64,000 nucleotides of DNA from Pachysolen tannophilus NRRL Y-2460. Taxonomy: Eukaryota. The DNA lies in the NCBI GenBank assembly GCA_001661245.1, contig KV454012.1:1724418-1788417 (forward strand), written 5' to 3'. The notes under the pieces were generated by a model. It searched no databases. It was not told the origin of the DNA and saw only the letters and a program-made list of their open reading frames with translations. Position 1 is the first letter of the stretch. Each line of letters opens with the position of its first letter. A program made the position numbers and the translations under genes. Of this stretch, positions 32,954 to 44,797 are shown in pieces.

Positions 32954-33340
32954 TCATATATTCTTTAAATTCCCAATCTCTTGTAAGATTTCTAAATTTT
33001 TGAAATCATTCAAGCATCCAGCAGCATCATTGACTGCTGATATATTCAAGACTTGTAAATTCTTTAAATCACCATCAAAGAGACAATCAATGCTCAAAAC
33101 GTTCCCCACATATAATTCATCTTTACTATTATTAATAACCGTGTCTTGCAAATGAATCTTTACAATTTCAACATCTTTTAGCTCATGTTGTCTTTGATTC
33201 ACCGTAGATATTGTCAACTCATTTTCTGTAGGAGAATACGATAAGATCTTGCACAAGAGCCTAATATGAAGTTGATTCTGCGGCGAAACTTCTGGATTTT
33301 GCTCTTTTAAAGAATTGAGACTGATAACTAGTTTCCCCAT
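32954..33340 (-). CDS. Small OB-fold-like protein, possibly CST subunit Ten1
   Basis: About 128 aa from ATG 33340; IRLLCKILSYS and VGNVLSIDCL resemble the Ten1 pattern, but weakly. Confidence 0.5.
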   Translation of the reverse strand: MGKLVISLNSLKEQNPEVSPQNQLHIRLLCKILSYSPTENELTISTVNQRQHELKDVEIVKIHLQDTVINNSKDELYVGNVLSIDCLFDGDLKNLQVLNISAVNDAAGCLNDFKNLEILQEIGNLKNI

Positions 33341-33564
33341 AATCCCATCTTTCAAAAAAACCTTAAAGGTTGGCTATTAATAAATTCAGTTCAAAACCTG
33401 GTTTTGATTTGATTAAATTTTATATTTAAATAATTATTTATTTAGCTTTTTTAAAAACTAAATATTATATATGAAATATGAAAAATGAAAAAATAAAATA
33501 AAAACTTTTCAAAAATATTTCAAAAATTTTATTTTTTATTTCAAGTTTTATTTGAACTAGGATA

Positions 33565-34743
33565 ATGTTAAGATATGGTTCATCAGTAGCGTCTTTTCGT
33601 GATATAAGTCAACATAGATTGTTATTTCAATATCAGCTGCTTAGAAGGAATTCATCTTCTAGGTTTAAAGAAAACGATTTAGCATTAATTATTCAAACTT
33701 CAAGACCTGATAAACAATGGTTAACTAAACCTCTCAAGCTGGGACTTAAACAAGGTATAACGAATGGAGATATTTCTCATGAATCAATAATTGGGATCAA
33801 GCCAAGATCGAAACTTTTTCAAACTAAATTTAAGAGGAATAAATTTATTGTTATTAAACCAACATTAGAAGATTATGTGAATTTAAGTGCAAGAGATGCA
33901 CAACCTATATATCCACTTGATGCTAATGCTATAGTTAATTTAGCTGATTTACATATTGATTATCCCAAATTATCAGAAGATGGAACGAAACTTGCTCCTG
34001 GTGAATATCCTATACAAATTTTAGAGTGTGGGACTGGTCATGGATCTTTAACAATTGCAATTTCAAAAATACTTCATCCAGCAAATTGTTTTATTAAAAT
34101 GTTAGGTTTAGAAAATGGAAGAGGAGCTATATTACATTCTATAGATAATAATTTAAAACATTTACAAACTGGAATGAAGAATTTACAAAAATTTGAAAAT
34201 GGAATTTATTTTCAAAATGTTGAATTTCATAATAGTGAATCTCCAACTGAATGGCTTTTAAATGATTTAAAATCTCTTAAATTTAAAAAAATGGTTGATC
34301 CTAATATTCTGGATGAACATGAATCATCTAAATGTTTTCTAAATGCTATTTTTTTAGATATGCCAAATCCTCATGAACATTTTACTATATTATCTCAACA
34401 TTTAAGAATTAATGCTCCATTAATTATATTTTGTCCATCGGTAACACAAATTTTAGAATGTATCAAGACTTTAAATAATGATAGATCGATTAAATTAAGT
34501 TTCAACAAATGTATTGAGATATTACCAGGTGTTGGAGGAGGATTAAGAGAATGGGATACAAGATTTGTTCAAATAAGAGCTACAGGTGAACAAGGTACAG
34601 TATGTAGACCAAAAGTTGGTTCAAGAGTTGTTGGAGGAGGATTTGTCGGTATATTTAGAAAGCTAACAGAAAATAGTAAAACATTGGAAGAAGAAGAGGA
34701 AGAGGTTGAGGGAGAAGTTGAAGGAGAAACTACACTTGTATAA
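33565..34743 (+). CDS. Trm61/Gcd14-family tRNA m1A58 methyltransferase, probably mitochondrial paralog
   Basis: Presequence-like N-terminus; RDAQPIYP, ECGTGHGSLT, IFLDMPNP. Confidence 0.85.
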   Translation: MLRYGSSVASFRDISQHRLLFQYQLLRRNSSSRFKENDLALIIQTSRPDKQWLTKPLKLGLKQGITNGDISHESIIGIKPRSKLFQTKFKRNKFIVIKPTLEDYVNLSARDAQPIYPLDANAIVNLADLHIDYPKLSEDGTKLAPGEYPIQILECGTGHGSLTIAISKILHPANCFIKMLGLENGRGAILHSIDNNLKHLQTGMKNLQKFENGIYFQNVEFHNSESPTEWLLNDLKSLKFKKMVDPNILDEHESSKCFLNAIFLDMPNPHEHFTILSQHLRINAPLIIFCPSVTQILECIKTLNNDRSIKLSFNKCIEILPGVGGGLREWDTRFVQIRATGEQGTVCRPKVGSRVVGGGFVGIFRKLTENSKTLEEEEEEVEGEVEGETTLV

Positions 34744-34846
34744 AGCTTGTACATATAAATATTGTTTTTTTAATTATAATAAAACCCCAAAACACATAAT
34801 AATAATAATAAAAAAAAAAAATGAAATAAATGATAAAATCTAATAA

Positions 34847-35431
34847 CTATACATAACTTTTTCTAGCAAGTTTTTTTTTATTTTTAAGCATAACTTTAAC
34901 TTTTTCTTGTTCTTGTTCTTGTTCTTCATCTTCAACATCCATTTCTTCTTCTTGTTCTTCTTCTTCAATTTGAGAATCTTTTCTTGCCAATTTTTCTGCT
35001 CTAATTCTTTCTTCAACTTCTTTCATCTTCAACAACTCAGGATTCTCTTCAACCAACTTCTTATCTGCCAGCAATTGTCTTTCCTTATTACCTCTCATTC
35101 TATTTTTATAGAATGCTCTTTCTCTCTTTTTCCTAATTTCTTCTACTCTAGCCATCAGTTTTAATGTAGTTGAAACTAAATCTCTATTATACCTTACTGG
35201 AACATTTCTCCTAGCAGCAAATGTCAACGTTGAATCAACTGCCAACTCCTTACCAGCAGCTTTTCTAAAAGCTTTTGTCCATTTCAATTTTCTTGGATTT
35301 CTACGTTGTTTAAAAGCTTTATGACATTTAGAACGACAAAATCTAAACTCTTTAGCATCATTACGAACAAACATTATTCCATGTCCAGGATACACTGGAG
35401 AAGAACAGAAATGACACGCATAGATTCTCAT
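34847..35431 (-). CDS. RLP24: 60S biogenesis factor Rlp24
   Basis: [48 protein letters not shown]. Confidence 0.98.
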   Translation of the reverse strand: MRIYACHFCSSPVYPGHGIMFVRNDAKEFRFCRSKCHKAFKQRRNPRKLKWTKAFRKAAGKELAVDSTLTFAARRNVPVRYNRDLVSTTLKLMARVEEIRKKRERAFYKNRMRGNKERQLLADKKLVEENPELLKMKEVEERIRAEKLARKDSQIEEEEQEEEMDVEDEEQEQEQEKVKVMLKNKKKLARKSYV

Positions 35432-35461
35432 GATGAATTAATATTGGAAAACCTGGAAACT

Positions 35462-35493
<32 letters not shown>

Positions 35494-35500
35494 GGATAGT
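35462..35500. repeat. 7-bp tandem repeat (TAGTAGA)n in the RLP24 5' region
   Basis: tagtagatagtagatagtagatagtagatagtggatagt. Confidence 0.85.
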
Positions 35501-35626
35501 GATGATGATGATGATGATGGTTCCAATTTGGTTCTAGTTTGATATTACTACTATAAAATTGTTATAGTGAAAAAAAAAAATTTTTTTTATATTTAGAAAA
35601 AAAAAAGAAAAAAAAATTTTTTTTTT

Positions 35627-35636
35627 TGAAAAATTT
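35627..35636. promoter_or_regulatory. RRPE-like element in the RLP24/PAM18 divergent promoter
   Basis: TGAAAAATTT about 200 bp upstream of a ribosome biogenesis gene. Confidence 0.45.
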
Positions 35637-36075
35637 CAAAATTTCCTAATTCGGTAATTTTGCAGCACCGCGACCCTTACACATTTTTTCAAGTTCGGCG
35701 GACCATAGGCGGAAACTGGGCTAAAACTTGGCGAAAGATTCGCCAATTTAAAACACACAAGTCCCTGTAAATCAAACACTTTTTAAGAGTTCCATTTAAA
35801 ACTATTTTGTATGATAAAAAATGAGGCCCTCGCGGTGCCAAAAAATTACCTAATTAGGAAATTTGTTTTTTTTTTTCAAAAATTTTTCAAAAAAAAAAAA
35901 TTTTTGTTTTTTTTTACAGTGAGAAAAAACAGTTAACAAAAGTATTTTAATAATAATAAATAATAATTTTAGAATTATAAAGTAGTAATTGTAGTAAAAA
36001 GTTATTTTATTTTTTTTTTTTACTATATCGATACAATTAAAGTAATTTGAATTTGAATCAATCTATAGTTGTAAT

Positions 36076-36597
36076 ATGTCAGGACTACCGCGGGACTTTC
36101 AAATTCCAACTTTACCAATTCCTGGTGAAAGTGGCAATAATGGGAATAATAATAATAATAATAATAATAATTTTGATAATTCTATACAATTTGAACAACT
36201 GCAACAATTACAACAAAATTCTTCACAACAATTAAAGACAAAAGAAGGACTGGAATATTATTTTGATCAGTGTTATCATTATTGTTCTCATCATCCATAT
36301 GTTACTGCAATAGGAGTTACTACTTCTCTTTATTTAATATCTGGTTTTTTCAAAAAACCTCAACCTGGTATTAATGGTCGAGCTTTTTATAAAAATGGAT
36401 TTGATCCAAAAATGAATGCATCAGAAGCTTTAAGAATCTTGGAGTTAAGAGAAACAAACTTGACAAAGAAGAAGTTGAAAGAAACACATAGAAGAATCAT
36501 GTTATTGAATCATCCAGATAAAGGTGGATCTCCATTTTTAGCTACAAAGATAAATGAAGCAAAAGATTTCTTGGAAAAAAGAGGTGGGTTAAAATGA
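36076..36597 (+). CDS. PAM18: Mitochondrial import motor J-protein Pam18
   Basis: LPIPG..YFDQ..HP N-terminus, TM segment, J domain NHPDKGGSPFLATKINEAKDFL. Confidence 0.95.
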   Translation: MSGLPRDFQIPTLPIPGESGNNGNNNNNNNNNFDNSIQFEQLQQLQQNSSQQLKTKEGLEYYFDQCYHYCSHHPYVTAIGVTTSLYLISGFFKKPQPGINGRAFYKNGFDPKMNASEALRILELRETNLTKKKLKETHRRIMLLNHPDKGGSPFLATKINEAKDFLEKRGGLK

Positions 36598-36937
36598 AAG
36601 GTTTTTGNTTTTTTTTGTATTTGTATATATAAATCTATGTCGATAATTGTTGAATGAATATCTAATCTTTAGTTACTTTATCTTGTCTTTATCATCGTTA
36701 TTGTTAGTTTTCATTTTTTGTAAAATTTGTTTTTGAAAAAAGTGAAAAATTTTGATGGACGGTCAAAACTTTTTCAACGCGTAGTAAATTGAAAAAAGTA
36801 AAAAATAAAATAATAATTTATAAATATAATTTATATATATATATATAATTTTATAATTTTATTAATTTATTCAATTTCAATTTGAAATCATTGTATATCT
36901 TTTATATCTATAGCGTTGAGAGTAGAGTTATTGGATA

Positions 36938-38627
36938 ATGCAAGCTCCAGTTGTGTTTTTAAGTATGTTTTATTAAATTAAATTAAATTAAATTAAATTA
37001 AATTAGTGATTTCATTATTTTTAAATACTAACATGTTTTTTCAAATTTTTCAATTTTAGATGCATCAACTGAAAGACAATCCGGTCGTCAGGCCCAGATG
37101 TCAAATATCACTGCTGCAAAAGCTGTGGCCGATATTATAAGAACATGTCTTGGACCTAAAGCGATGTTGAAAATGTTGTTGGATCCAATGGGTGGAATAG
37201 TTTTAACCAATGATGGTCATGCTATATTAAGAGAAATTGATGTTGCTCATCCAGCTGCAAAATCAATGATTGAATTAAGTAGGACGCAAGATGAAGAAGT
37301 TGGAGATGGTACTACAACTGTAATAATATTAGCAGGTGAAATCTTGGCACAAACTTTCCCTTATATTGAAAAAAATATTCATCCAGTTATTATTATTCAA
37401 GCTTTAAAACAAGCTTTAACAGATGCTTTAGAAGTGATCCATGAAATATCAAGACCAATCGATGTTGAAAATGAACTGTCAATGATTCAACTTATTAAAC
37501 TGTCAATTGGTACAAAATATGTTAATCAATGGTCTGATAAAATGTGTCAATTAGCTTTAAAAGCTGTAAGAACAGTAGTAATAGATCATGGTGATGGTAA
37601 TAAAGAAATTGATATAAAAAGATATGTTAGAGTTGAAAAAATTCCAGGTGGAGAAATTACAGATTCAGAAGTCTTGGATGGTGTCTTATTAAATAAAGAT
37701 GTTACTCATCCAAAAATGAAAAGACATATTGAAAATCCAAAAATTATTTTATTAGATTGTCCATTAGAATATAAAAAAGGTGAATCACAAACAAATATTG
37801 AAATAACAAATGATGAAGATTGGAATAGAATCTTACAAATTGAAGAAGAACAAGTTAAAATTATATGTGAACAATTATTACAATTTAAACCTGATTTAGT
37901 TATAACTGAAAAAGGTGTAAGTGATTTAGCTCAACATTATTTACTTAAAGGTGGTGTATCATGTCTTAGAAGAGTTAAAAAATCAGATAATAATAGAATA
38001 GCAAGAGCAACAGGTGCAACTATTGTAAACAGAATTGAAGATTTAAAAGAATCAGATATTGGTAATAATTGTGGATTATTTAAAGTGGAATTAATTGGTG
38101 ATGAATATTATTCTTTTATTACTAATTGTGCTAATCCTCATGCATGTACTGTATTATTAAGAGGTCCATCAAAAGATGTCTTGAACGAAATTGAAAGAAA
38201 TTTACAAGATGCTACTTCAGTTGCAAGAAATGTTATGTTTGAACCTTCATTATCCCCAGGAGGTGGTGCTACAGAAATGGAAATTGCTGTTAGATTATCA
38301 GAAAAGGCAAAGTCTATAAAAGGTGTACAACAATGGCCTTACCAAGCAGTTGCTGATGCATGTGAAGTTATCCCAAGAACATTGATCCAAAACTGTGGTG
38401 GGAACCCAATTAGAGTCTTATCAAGTTTAAGAGCTAAACACGCAGAAGGTCATTCCACATTTGGTATAAATGGTGATAACGGAACAGTTGTTGACATGAA
38501 AGAATACGGTATATGGGAACCTGAAGTCATCAAGCAACAGAGTATCAAGACAGCAATTGAAAGTGCTTGTTTATTGTTAAGAGTTGATGATATTGTCAGT
38601 GGTGTCAGAAGAGGTGGCCAACAATAA
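36938..38627 (+). CDS. CCT3: Chaperonin CCT gamma subunit; two exons (36938-36962, 37060-38627)
   Basis: Intron 36963-37059 with GTATGT, TACTAAC (37026) and TAG; splicing gives MQAPVVFLNASTERQSGRQAQ; GDGTTT motif. Confidence 0.98.
36972..37004. repeat. (ATTAA)n pentamer repeat inside the CCT3 intron
   Basis: attaaattaaattaaattaaattaaattaaatt. Confidence 0.85.
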
Positions 38628-38763
38628 ACTTATCTTTAAATTATTTTATTACTAAAATTATTTTGTCTTTTGTTTTGTTTTTTTTCTTTTTCTTTTTCTT
38701 TTGATTTCCTGTTAATGTTATTTTTATTTGATCTTATTTTTATTCCTTTTTTTTCATATAAAG

Positions 38764-38805
<42 letters not shown>

Positions 38806-38887
38806 CTAATAACTTCTACCTAAAAAAACAAAAAAACAAAAACCCTTTAGCGTCATTATAATACAGTATATTTCGTGATTCAATTTT

Positions 38888-39516
38888 TTAAATTGTAGCA
38901 TCTCTCATACTAACATCGTGATCTAGACTTTCCTGTGCTTCTTCAAACTCATCATCAGCTGAACCTTCTTCACCTCCACCAGAAACATCTTGCATCTGAT
39001 GTTCTTCTTCATCATCCAGATTTGCCTGTGGAAAACAATCTTCAACTACTTTTAAAATATTCAAACATTCATCTTCATCAAATCTCTGATCACATTCTTC
39101 CACAATACTGTACAATAACACCATGGATCTCGGAAGAAGATTTAAAATCTGTAATTTTTCAATCTTCATTAATTTAAATTTATTTAAACCATCAATTAAT
39201 TTAATAAAATTCTCTTCATAATTTTGCTTACTGTTATCTGTAACATTGAATTTCAACGAATTGTACAAATAACTATATAAATCTCTTGTTATGACTTCCA
39301 AATTTATTTGGCTATGATGACTAGTATGTGTCTTTGTCAAATTTTTCTTAGTGATAGGATCTAATTTCCAATTGTTCTCCTTCTGCACATCTAATAAATG
39401 GTTATAAACTTCATAGTTTGATAATAACTTATCTCTAGGCACCTCAATCTATACAACAAAAAATTTGTGTTAGTTCATGACTAAAATCCAATAAATCTTT
39501 CCAAACTTACCTTCAT
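38888..39516 (-). CDS. RPC17: RNA polymerase III subunit C17; two exons (39516-39511, 39448-38888)
   Basis: Intron 39510-39449 with GTAAGT, AACTAAC and TAG; gives MKIEVPRDKLLSNYEV; LMKIEKLQILN, IVEECDQRF. Confidence 0.93.
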
Positions 39517-39770
39517 TCTTCAAGCAGAAAATGAAAGAAACTTCCTTAGTTCCTTATAGTTGGTATTTTTTATATTTGATTAAAGACTAAAGGTGATGAT
39601 GGTTTTGAAAAATTTTCAAAAAAAAAAAAAAAAAATGGGTTTTAAAAAATAGTAACAGAAATAGTAAATATAGTAAAATGTTAAGAACTTGTGATATTTA
39701 ATTTTATTTTAACATCATAAATGAATTCTCTAATGATCAAGAGGAATTAAAGAGGCTATAGTTTAGCTCA

Positions 39771-41468
39771 ATGTCAATAATCAAAAAATTGTTGAATTTG
39801 AAACCAGCGGAAACCACAATATTTTTTGTGATTTTAGCGATTAGGATATTTAATGCATTAACCATAAGGACTTTTTTCCAACCGGATGAGTATTATCAAG
39901 CATTAGAACCAGCTTATGCTGTTGTTTTCCACACGGATGGATTCACATGGGAATGGAGGCAAAAATTGAGGAGTTTTAATTATCCTCTATTGTTTGCTTT
40001 AGGTTATAAGGTATTAGAAATGTTAGGATTGAGTGATAACGATTTATTAATAATTGATGTACCAAAAGTTTTACAAAGTTTTATTTCTTCCCTTGGTGAA
40101 TTATACTTATACAAGTTTATTTTTAAAATATCTAATTCGGTAGAGTTGTCAAATATCACACTTTTCTTAAGTCTTGTATCATCGTTTAATTGGTTTTTCA
40201 TAACAAGAACTTTTTCAAATAATGTAGAAATGGTACTTACGATAGTTGGAATTTATTACTGGCCTATTGAAAGTTTGTCAAGTTCTATAGAGATTAAAAG
40301 ATTGAATAATATTTCAAATTATATTTCTGCTATTATTTTTGCTACAATGGCGTGTTTAGTGAGACCAACTAATGTAATAGTATGGGGGTTTCTTGGAATA
40401 AATTTATGTACAAGATTGGATGGATTGGTTTATAAACTTAAGGTTTTGTTAGTGACATTATTAACGGCAAGCATTGTTATAATGATAAATGTGGTTATAG
40501 ATTATTGGTTTTATTCAACTTTGACATTTCCAATATTAAATTTCATTGAGTTCAATTTTATAAAATCTTTATCACAGTTTTATGGTGTCAATTCATTAGA
40601 TTTTTACCTAACTCAACTGATACCGGTTTTATCAAATACTTACTTACCATGCTTTATCTGGGGGATATACTCTGTCATTATTAATAAGAAGAATGGAAGC
40701 TTGGATAAAAAGGATAAAAAATTATATGACATCTTGTTTAACATATTAATATTATGCATATTTGACATTTTTGTATTTTCATTAATTAAACATAAAGAAT
40801 TCAGGTTTATATATCCTTTAAATCCATTTTTCCTAATTTTTGTTTCATTAGGATTTCTAAGGATGATTAAAATGTTAAAGTCTGCAATTTTCAGATACCT
40901 ATTTATTTACATCATAATACTGGTTAATTTTTCACTTGGATTTTATTTAACTCGTTATCATGAGAGTGGAGTTATTGGAATAACCAGTGTATTGAAACAA
41001 CAACTTCAACAGATGAAACTCACCAACGAACCTTGTTCTATTGGATTTCTAATGCCTTGCCATTCAACACCGTATTATTCATATTTAAATGTAGGTAACA
41101 CCAGTGACATAGATATTTGGTCTTTAACATGTGAACCACCTTTAGATATTGAAAAGTCATCAGATTTGGCTACATATAAAGATGAATCAGATTGGTTTTA
41201 CCATAATCCAATGTTATTCTTAAAAAGAAATTTTCCTAATGAGGTTGTATATGATAATGATAATGATAATGATAATGACAAAATGGCCATTTACAAACAT
41301 GATTGGCCAAATTTTTTAGTGATATTTGAAGATTTAGAGAAAGAGATCATTGATTATTTACAAAAGAATGGCTACGAGGAAATTAATAGATTGTTTAATA
41401 CGAGAGCCCACTGGGACAGTAGGCGTAGGGGTGATGTTATTCTTTATGCCAAAAGAGAATTAAAATAG
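39771..41468 (+). CDS. GPI10: GPI mannosyltransferase III (PIG-B)
   Basis: RTFFQPDEYYQALEP, TWEW, HKEFRFIYP, LMPCHSTP, CEPP. Confidence 0.95.
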   Translation: MSIIKKLLNLKPAETTIFFVILAIRIFNALTIRTFFQPDEYYQALEPAYAVVFHTDGFTWEWRQKLRSFNYPLLFALGYKVLEMLGLSDNDLLIIDVPKVLQSFISSLGELYLYKFIFKISNSVELSNITLFLSLVSSFNWFFITRTFSNNVEMVLTIVGIYYWPIESLSSSIEIKRLNNISNYISAIIFATMACLVRPTNVIVWGFLGINLCTRLDGLVYKLKVLLVTLLTASIVIMINVVIDYWFYSTLTFPILNFIEFNFIKSLSQFYGVNSLDFYLTQLIPVLSNTYLPCFIWGIYSVIINKKNGSLDKKDKKLYDILFNILILCIFDIFVFSLIKHKEFRFIYPLNPFFLIFVSLGFLRMIKMLKSAIFRYLFIYIIILVNFSLGFYLTRYHESGVIGITSVLKQQLQQMKLTNEPCSIGFLMPCHSTPYYSYLNVGNTSDIDIWSLTCEPPLDIEKSSDLATYKDESDWFYHNPMLFLKRNFPNEVVYDNDNDNDNDKMAIYKHDWPNFLVIFEDLEKEIIDYLQKNGYEEINRLFNTRAHWDSRRRGDVILYAKRELK

Positions 41469-41486
41469 TATTAAAAATTTAAAAAA

Positions 41487-42653
41487 CTATACCTCCATAT
41501 CCCATTTTGATTTATTTTCAACACTTTTCTCAATTTCCAATTCTTTTGATTTCCTGCTTTCTATTATGTTATTTAAATTGTTTATAGATTCTTTTCTTGC
41601 TATGAAAAAAGTATTTAGTTCTGAGTTTGCATTTGCATTTGCATTTGCATCTCCATTGTTAGTGTTAGGCGAAGATTTGAGTTGGGTCACTATTTTTAAA
41701 GCTTTATCATAATCTTTTAATTTCATATAACAATCAAAGATCCCTACTAAACAACTAATATCTCCTAATTCAACACCGAGTTTAAACCATTCCATTGCTT
41801 TGTTAATATTTTGGAAATAATTTAATTCCAAGAACCCTAAACTTTTGAAACTTTCTTTAAAACCTTGAGATGCAGACATTTCAAAATAATATCTAGACAA
41901 TTTAGGATCATCTTCATGAATTACACCAAGGTAATAATAAGCATGTGATATTTTGTCTAAAGTGGAAAATTTTATTGATTTTTGAAGATAATGTTCAGCA
42001 AGATTCAAATTTGAAAGCTTAAAATTCAAGATCCCTAATGTTTGGAAAACTTGTGAGGCAAGATAAGTATTATTTTCAATCTTTAAGAAATCTTGATAAA
42101 AATCTATAGCTTTATTATAATCATTATTTTTTTCATATTCATAATCACCACTTAATTTTAAAGTTAATGGGTGTTTTAACAAAAGTAAATCTCTTATTAA
42201 TTTCTTTGCCCGATCCACTTCACCAGTTTCCCATTCATCAGGTTTCTTGATACAATCAAAAGCCAAGATCGCAACAGCGTTATTATCACCCAATTCAGCA
42301 GCATATTCAATTAATGAATTTTCTAATAAAATTAAATGTTTATTCTTTGTATGTGTCTTATATCGTATTTCTTTTAAAATATTTCTAAAAATCATTAAAT
42401 CTGAACCTTTAACTTTCTTCAGATTCAAAATATTTAATATTGAAGGTTCCTTTTCATATATGCTTTGTAAAATTGGTAAATATTTTTGATAATTCAATCT
42501 TGAATCGAAATCAAATAATAATTTTTGTAAATGTTTCTTTGCTGGTAATATCTCCAACAACGGTGGAGGATTATTTAAAATATTAGTTGAATAAGGAGAT
42601 CTTAGAAAAGTTATTCTAACTTTGGGATTTGTCACAAGATACCTTCTTAGCAT
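41487..42653 (-). CDS. MSS2: Mitochondrial Sel1/TPR-like Cox2 export factor Mss2
   Basis: LLFDFDSRL, LLENSLIEYAAELGDNNAVAILAF, LGFLELNYF..WFKLG. Confidence 0.85.
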   Translation of the reverse strand: MLRRYLVTNPKVRITFLRSPYSTNILNNPPPLLEILPAKKHLQKLLFDFDSRLNYQKYLPILQSIYEKEPSILNILNLKKVKGSDLMIFRNILKEIRYKTHTKNKHLILLENSLIEYAAELGDNNAVAILAFDCIKKPDEWETGEVDRAKKLIRDLLLLKHPLTLKLSGDYEYEKNNDYNKAIDFYQDFLKIENNTYLASQVFQTLGILNFKLSNLNLAEHYLQKSIKFSTLDKISHAYYYLGVIHEDDPKLSRYYFEMSASQGFKESFKSLGFLELNYFQNINKAMEWFKLGVELGDISCLVGIFDCYMKLKDYDKALKIVTQLKSSPNTNNGDANANANANSELNTFFIARKESINNLNNIIESRKSKELEIEKSVENKSKWDMEV

Positions 42654-42674
42654 TTCTTTATCAAATGTTAAATT

Positions 42675-42713
<39 letters not shown>

Positions 42714-42836
42714 GTATAATGTAGTAGATTTTTCATATATATATTGAGAATACTAAAAAAAAAAGCAAAAGAGAAATTATATAAATATAAAAATATTTAA
42801 GATAATGTGGGATTCATACAATTAATTGAGATATCG

Positions 42837-43142
42837 ATGGATCAGTCAAATATTCACCCCATTGAACTAACAGTTCAATCAATAATAGAATCTCCTTTAG
42901 AGAATTTAAATATTCAGTTACAACGAGTTACAGATAGTCAATTTTTATTAATAAGTATTTTGAAAAATTATGAATTAAAATTGAAAAAATATAATGATTT
43001 ACTTTCTACAAATAATGATACTAAAGAAATGATTAAAAATTATGAAAAGAGAATTAATGATATTAAGTTAAAATTATTGGAAATAAGTTTGAAATTGAAA
43101 TCAGTTAATGAATCAATTGAAAAAAATTTGTCAAGTAAATAA
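42837..43142 (+). CDS. SNN1: BLOC-1 subunit Snn1 (snapin-like)
   Basis: IHPIELTVQSII..SQFLLISIL coiled coil, about 100 aa. Confidence 0.75.
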   Translation: MDQSNIHPIELTVQSIIESPLENLNIQLQRVTDSQFLLISILKNYELKLKKYNDLLSTNNDTKEMIKNYEKRINDIKLKLLEISLKLKSVNESIEKNLSSK

Positions 43143-43224
43143 GTAATAAAGTAATTTTATATTATAGTTTTTTTTTTTAAAAAAGAAGAAAGAAAAAAAA
43201 AAATGAAGTAAAATTTAATAGTTT

Positions 43225-44286
43225 TTAAAAAAATTTTAGTATGTAGAAAGGATAAGCTCCATGTTTTAAATGATAAATGTTTACCAACACAGCATATGAA
43301 ATAAATATTGTAAATACCATTATAACAACTGTTAAAAATTTAATTTTTAAATTTTTAATTTGATTTACTTTATTTAATAAGAAACTTATTGAAACAAATA
43401 AAATTGCATAAATTCCAGAAATAATTTGAGTTTCTACACCTAATTGCAGTTGATGACCAGAAACAAAATATGTAAATGAACCATCATTATTTGTCTTTGT
43501 ATATGGTGTCATTCTTATTTGATTAAACATATAACCACATGTAAATAATATTATAGTTATTATTGAAATACTTTGATAAATTGCTTTTGAATAAACAATT
43601 TTATTAAATTTTGTGGAAAATTTATAAATTATAATAATTATTGATATAATTATTATTAATCTTGTTATAATTTTAGAATAATCTAAAGGTTGAATAATTT
43701 GAAATAATTTTGGAGGAATTTTAATTGGAGTATTTGAAATTAACCAATTTGCTAATGCAGTAGTTTGATCACCAGTTGTAAAAGCATATTCATCAAAATT
43801 ATTATGAAGATTATCATTATTATCTTTTAAATTTGAATTAGTTGGATGAAAATAAAATAATTTTGGAACATTATTTAAACTTAATTTTGTGAAAAATTCC
43901 ATATTATCACTAAAATCAGCAATTGCGAAAAAAATTTTATCACCACCATTTTTATTTAATTCTAAACGTTCTTGTTCATTTAATTTTTTCAAATTTTCCA
44001 GAAATGAATTAGCTAATATTGTATAAATTGGTTGAAATTCATTACATAAAGCACATCCAACTCTTGGAGAAGAAGCTGTTAAATAAACAGCAATATGATA
44101 ATCTTTTCTTTCATTATTTAAAATTTTATTATAATTTTTATCAGTTATCTTAATTATATTATTCTTACTCTTGGAAATTATTTTATCTAAATCTTTTGAT
44201 GTATAAGCACAAACAGATGAACATAGTATTAATAGAATCGTTAAGATTCTAATAATTGAAAATTGACCTTGACAAAAATTTTTCAT
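43225..44286 (-). CDS. OST3: Oligosaccharyltransferase Ost3/Ost6-family subunit
   Basis: Signal peptide, thioredoxin-like CALC, four TM segments, GYMFNQIR, VETQI, YPF. Confidence 0.9.
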   Translation of the reverse strand: MKNFCQGQFSIIRILTILLILCSSVCAYTSKDLDKIISKSKNNIIKITDKNYNKILNNERKDYHIAVYLTASSPRVGCALCNEFQPIYTILANSFLENLKKLNEQERLELNKNGGDKIFFAIADFSDNMEFFTKLSLNNVPKLFYFHPTNSNLKDNNDNLHNNFDEYAFTTGDQTTALANWLISNTPIKIPPKLFQIIQPLDYSKIITRLIIIISIIIIIYKFSTKFNKIVYSKAIYQSISIITIILFTCGYMFNQIRMTPYTKTNNDGSFTYFVSGHQLQLGVETQIISGIYAILFVSISFLLNKVNQIKNLKIKFLTVVIMVFTIFISYAVLVNIYHLKHGAYPFYILKFF

Positions 44287-44693
44287 CTTCTTCAACCAAG
44301 AACCAAAAAAGAAAATAATCTCAATTGATAGATCAATATATATATATATATAGTTAGAGTAAGAGTTTGTTTAGATAGTTTACTTTAAAATCAAAGAAAT
44401 TCAAATGATACGTGTAATGTTAAAACACTATGAAAAACTGGAAACTTTTCACTCACTACCAAATCAACGAACAGATCCAATGAACAAAGATCCAATGAAC
44501 AATGAAAAGATTTAATGAAAATTATCAAATTAATTATCTTTTTTAGTATTTTGTTTTGATTTTATAAATTGTTTCCAATCTTGAGTCTTGAGACTTTTAA
44601 CAGTATTAAACATCTAATTGTAATTTATTATCTTTATACTCTGTCGTAGTAATGAAAAAAAAATTTTAGAGTGTAGAAAAAAAAAAAATAGGA

Positions 44694-44797
44694 CTCCTCA
44701 TCAGGGGCTCGAACCCTGGACATTTCGGTCGACTTCTTTGTCTCGAAATGAAACAATCCTTAAAAGCCGAACGCTCTACCAACTGAGCTAATAAGGA
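44694..44797 (-). tRNA. tRNA-Lys(UUU) with 31-nt intron (44730-44760)
   Basis: TCCTTATTAGCTCAGTTGGTAGAGCGTTCGGCTTTTA[intron]ACCGAAATGTCCAGGGTTCGAGCCCCTGATGAGGAG; 73 nt mature; T-run terminator follows. Confidence 0.97.

Noticed and set aside
34735..34860. Possible third inversion at the convergent Trm61-like/RLP24 junction (both ORFs end in TGTATA spanning Val-stop)
   Set aside because: Both proteins look complete, no displaced coding segment is visible, and a 6-bp match is expected by chance in AT-rich DNA.
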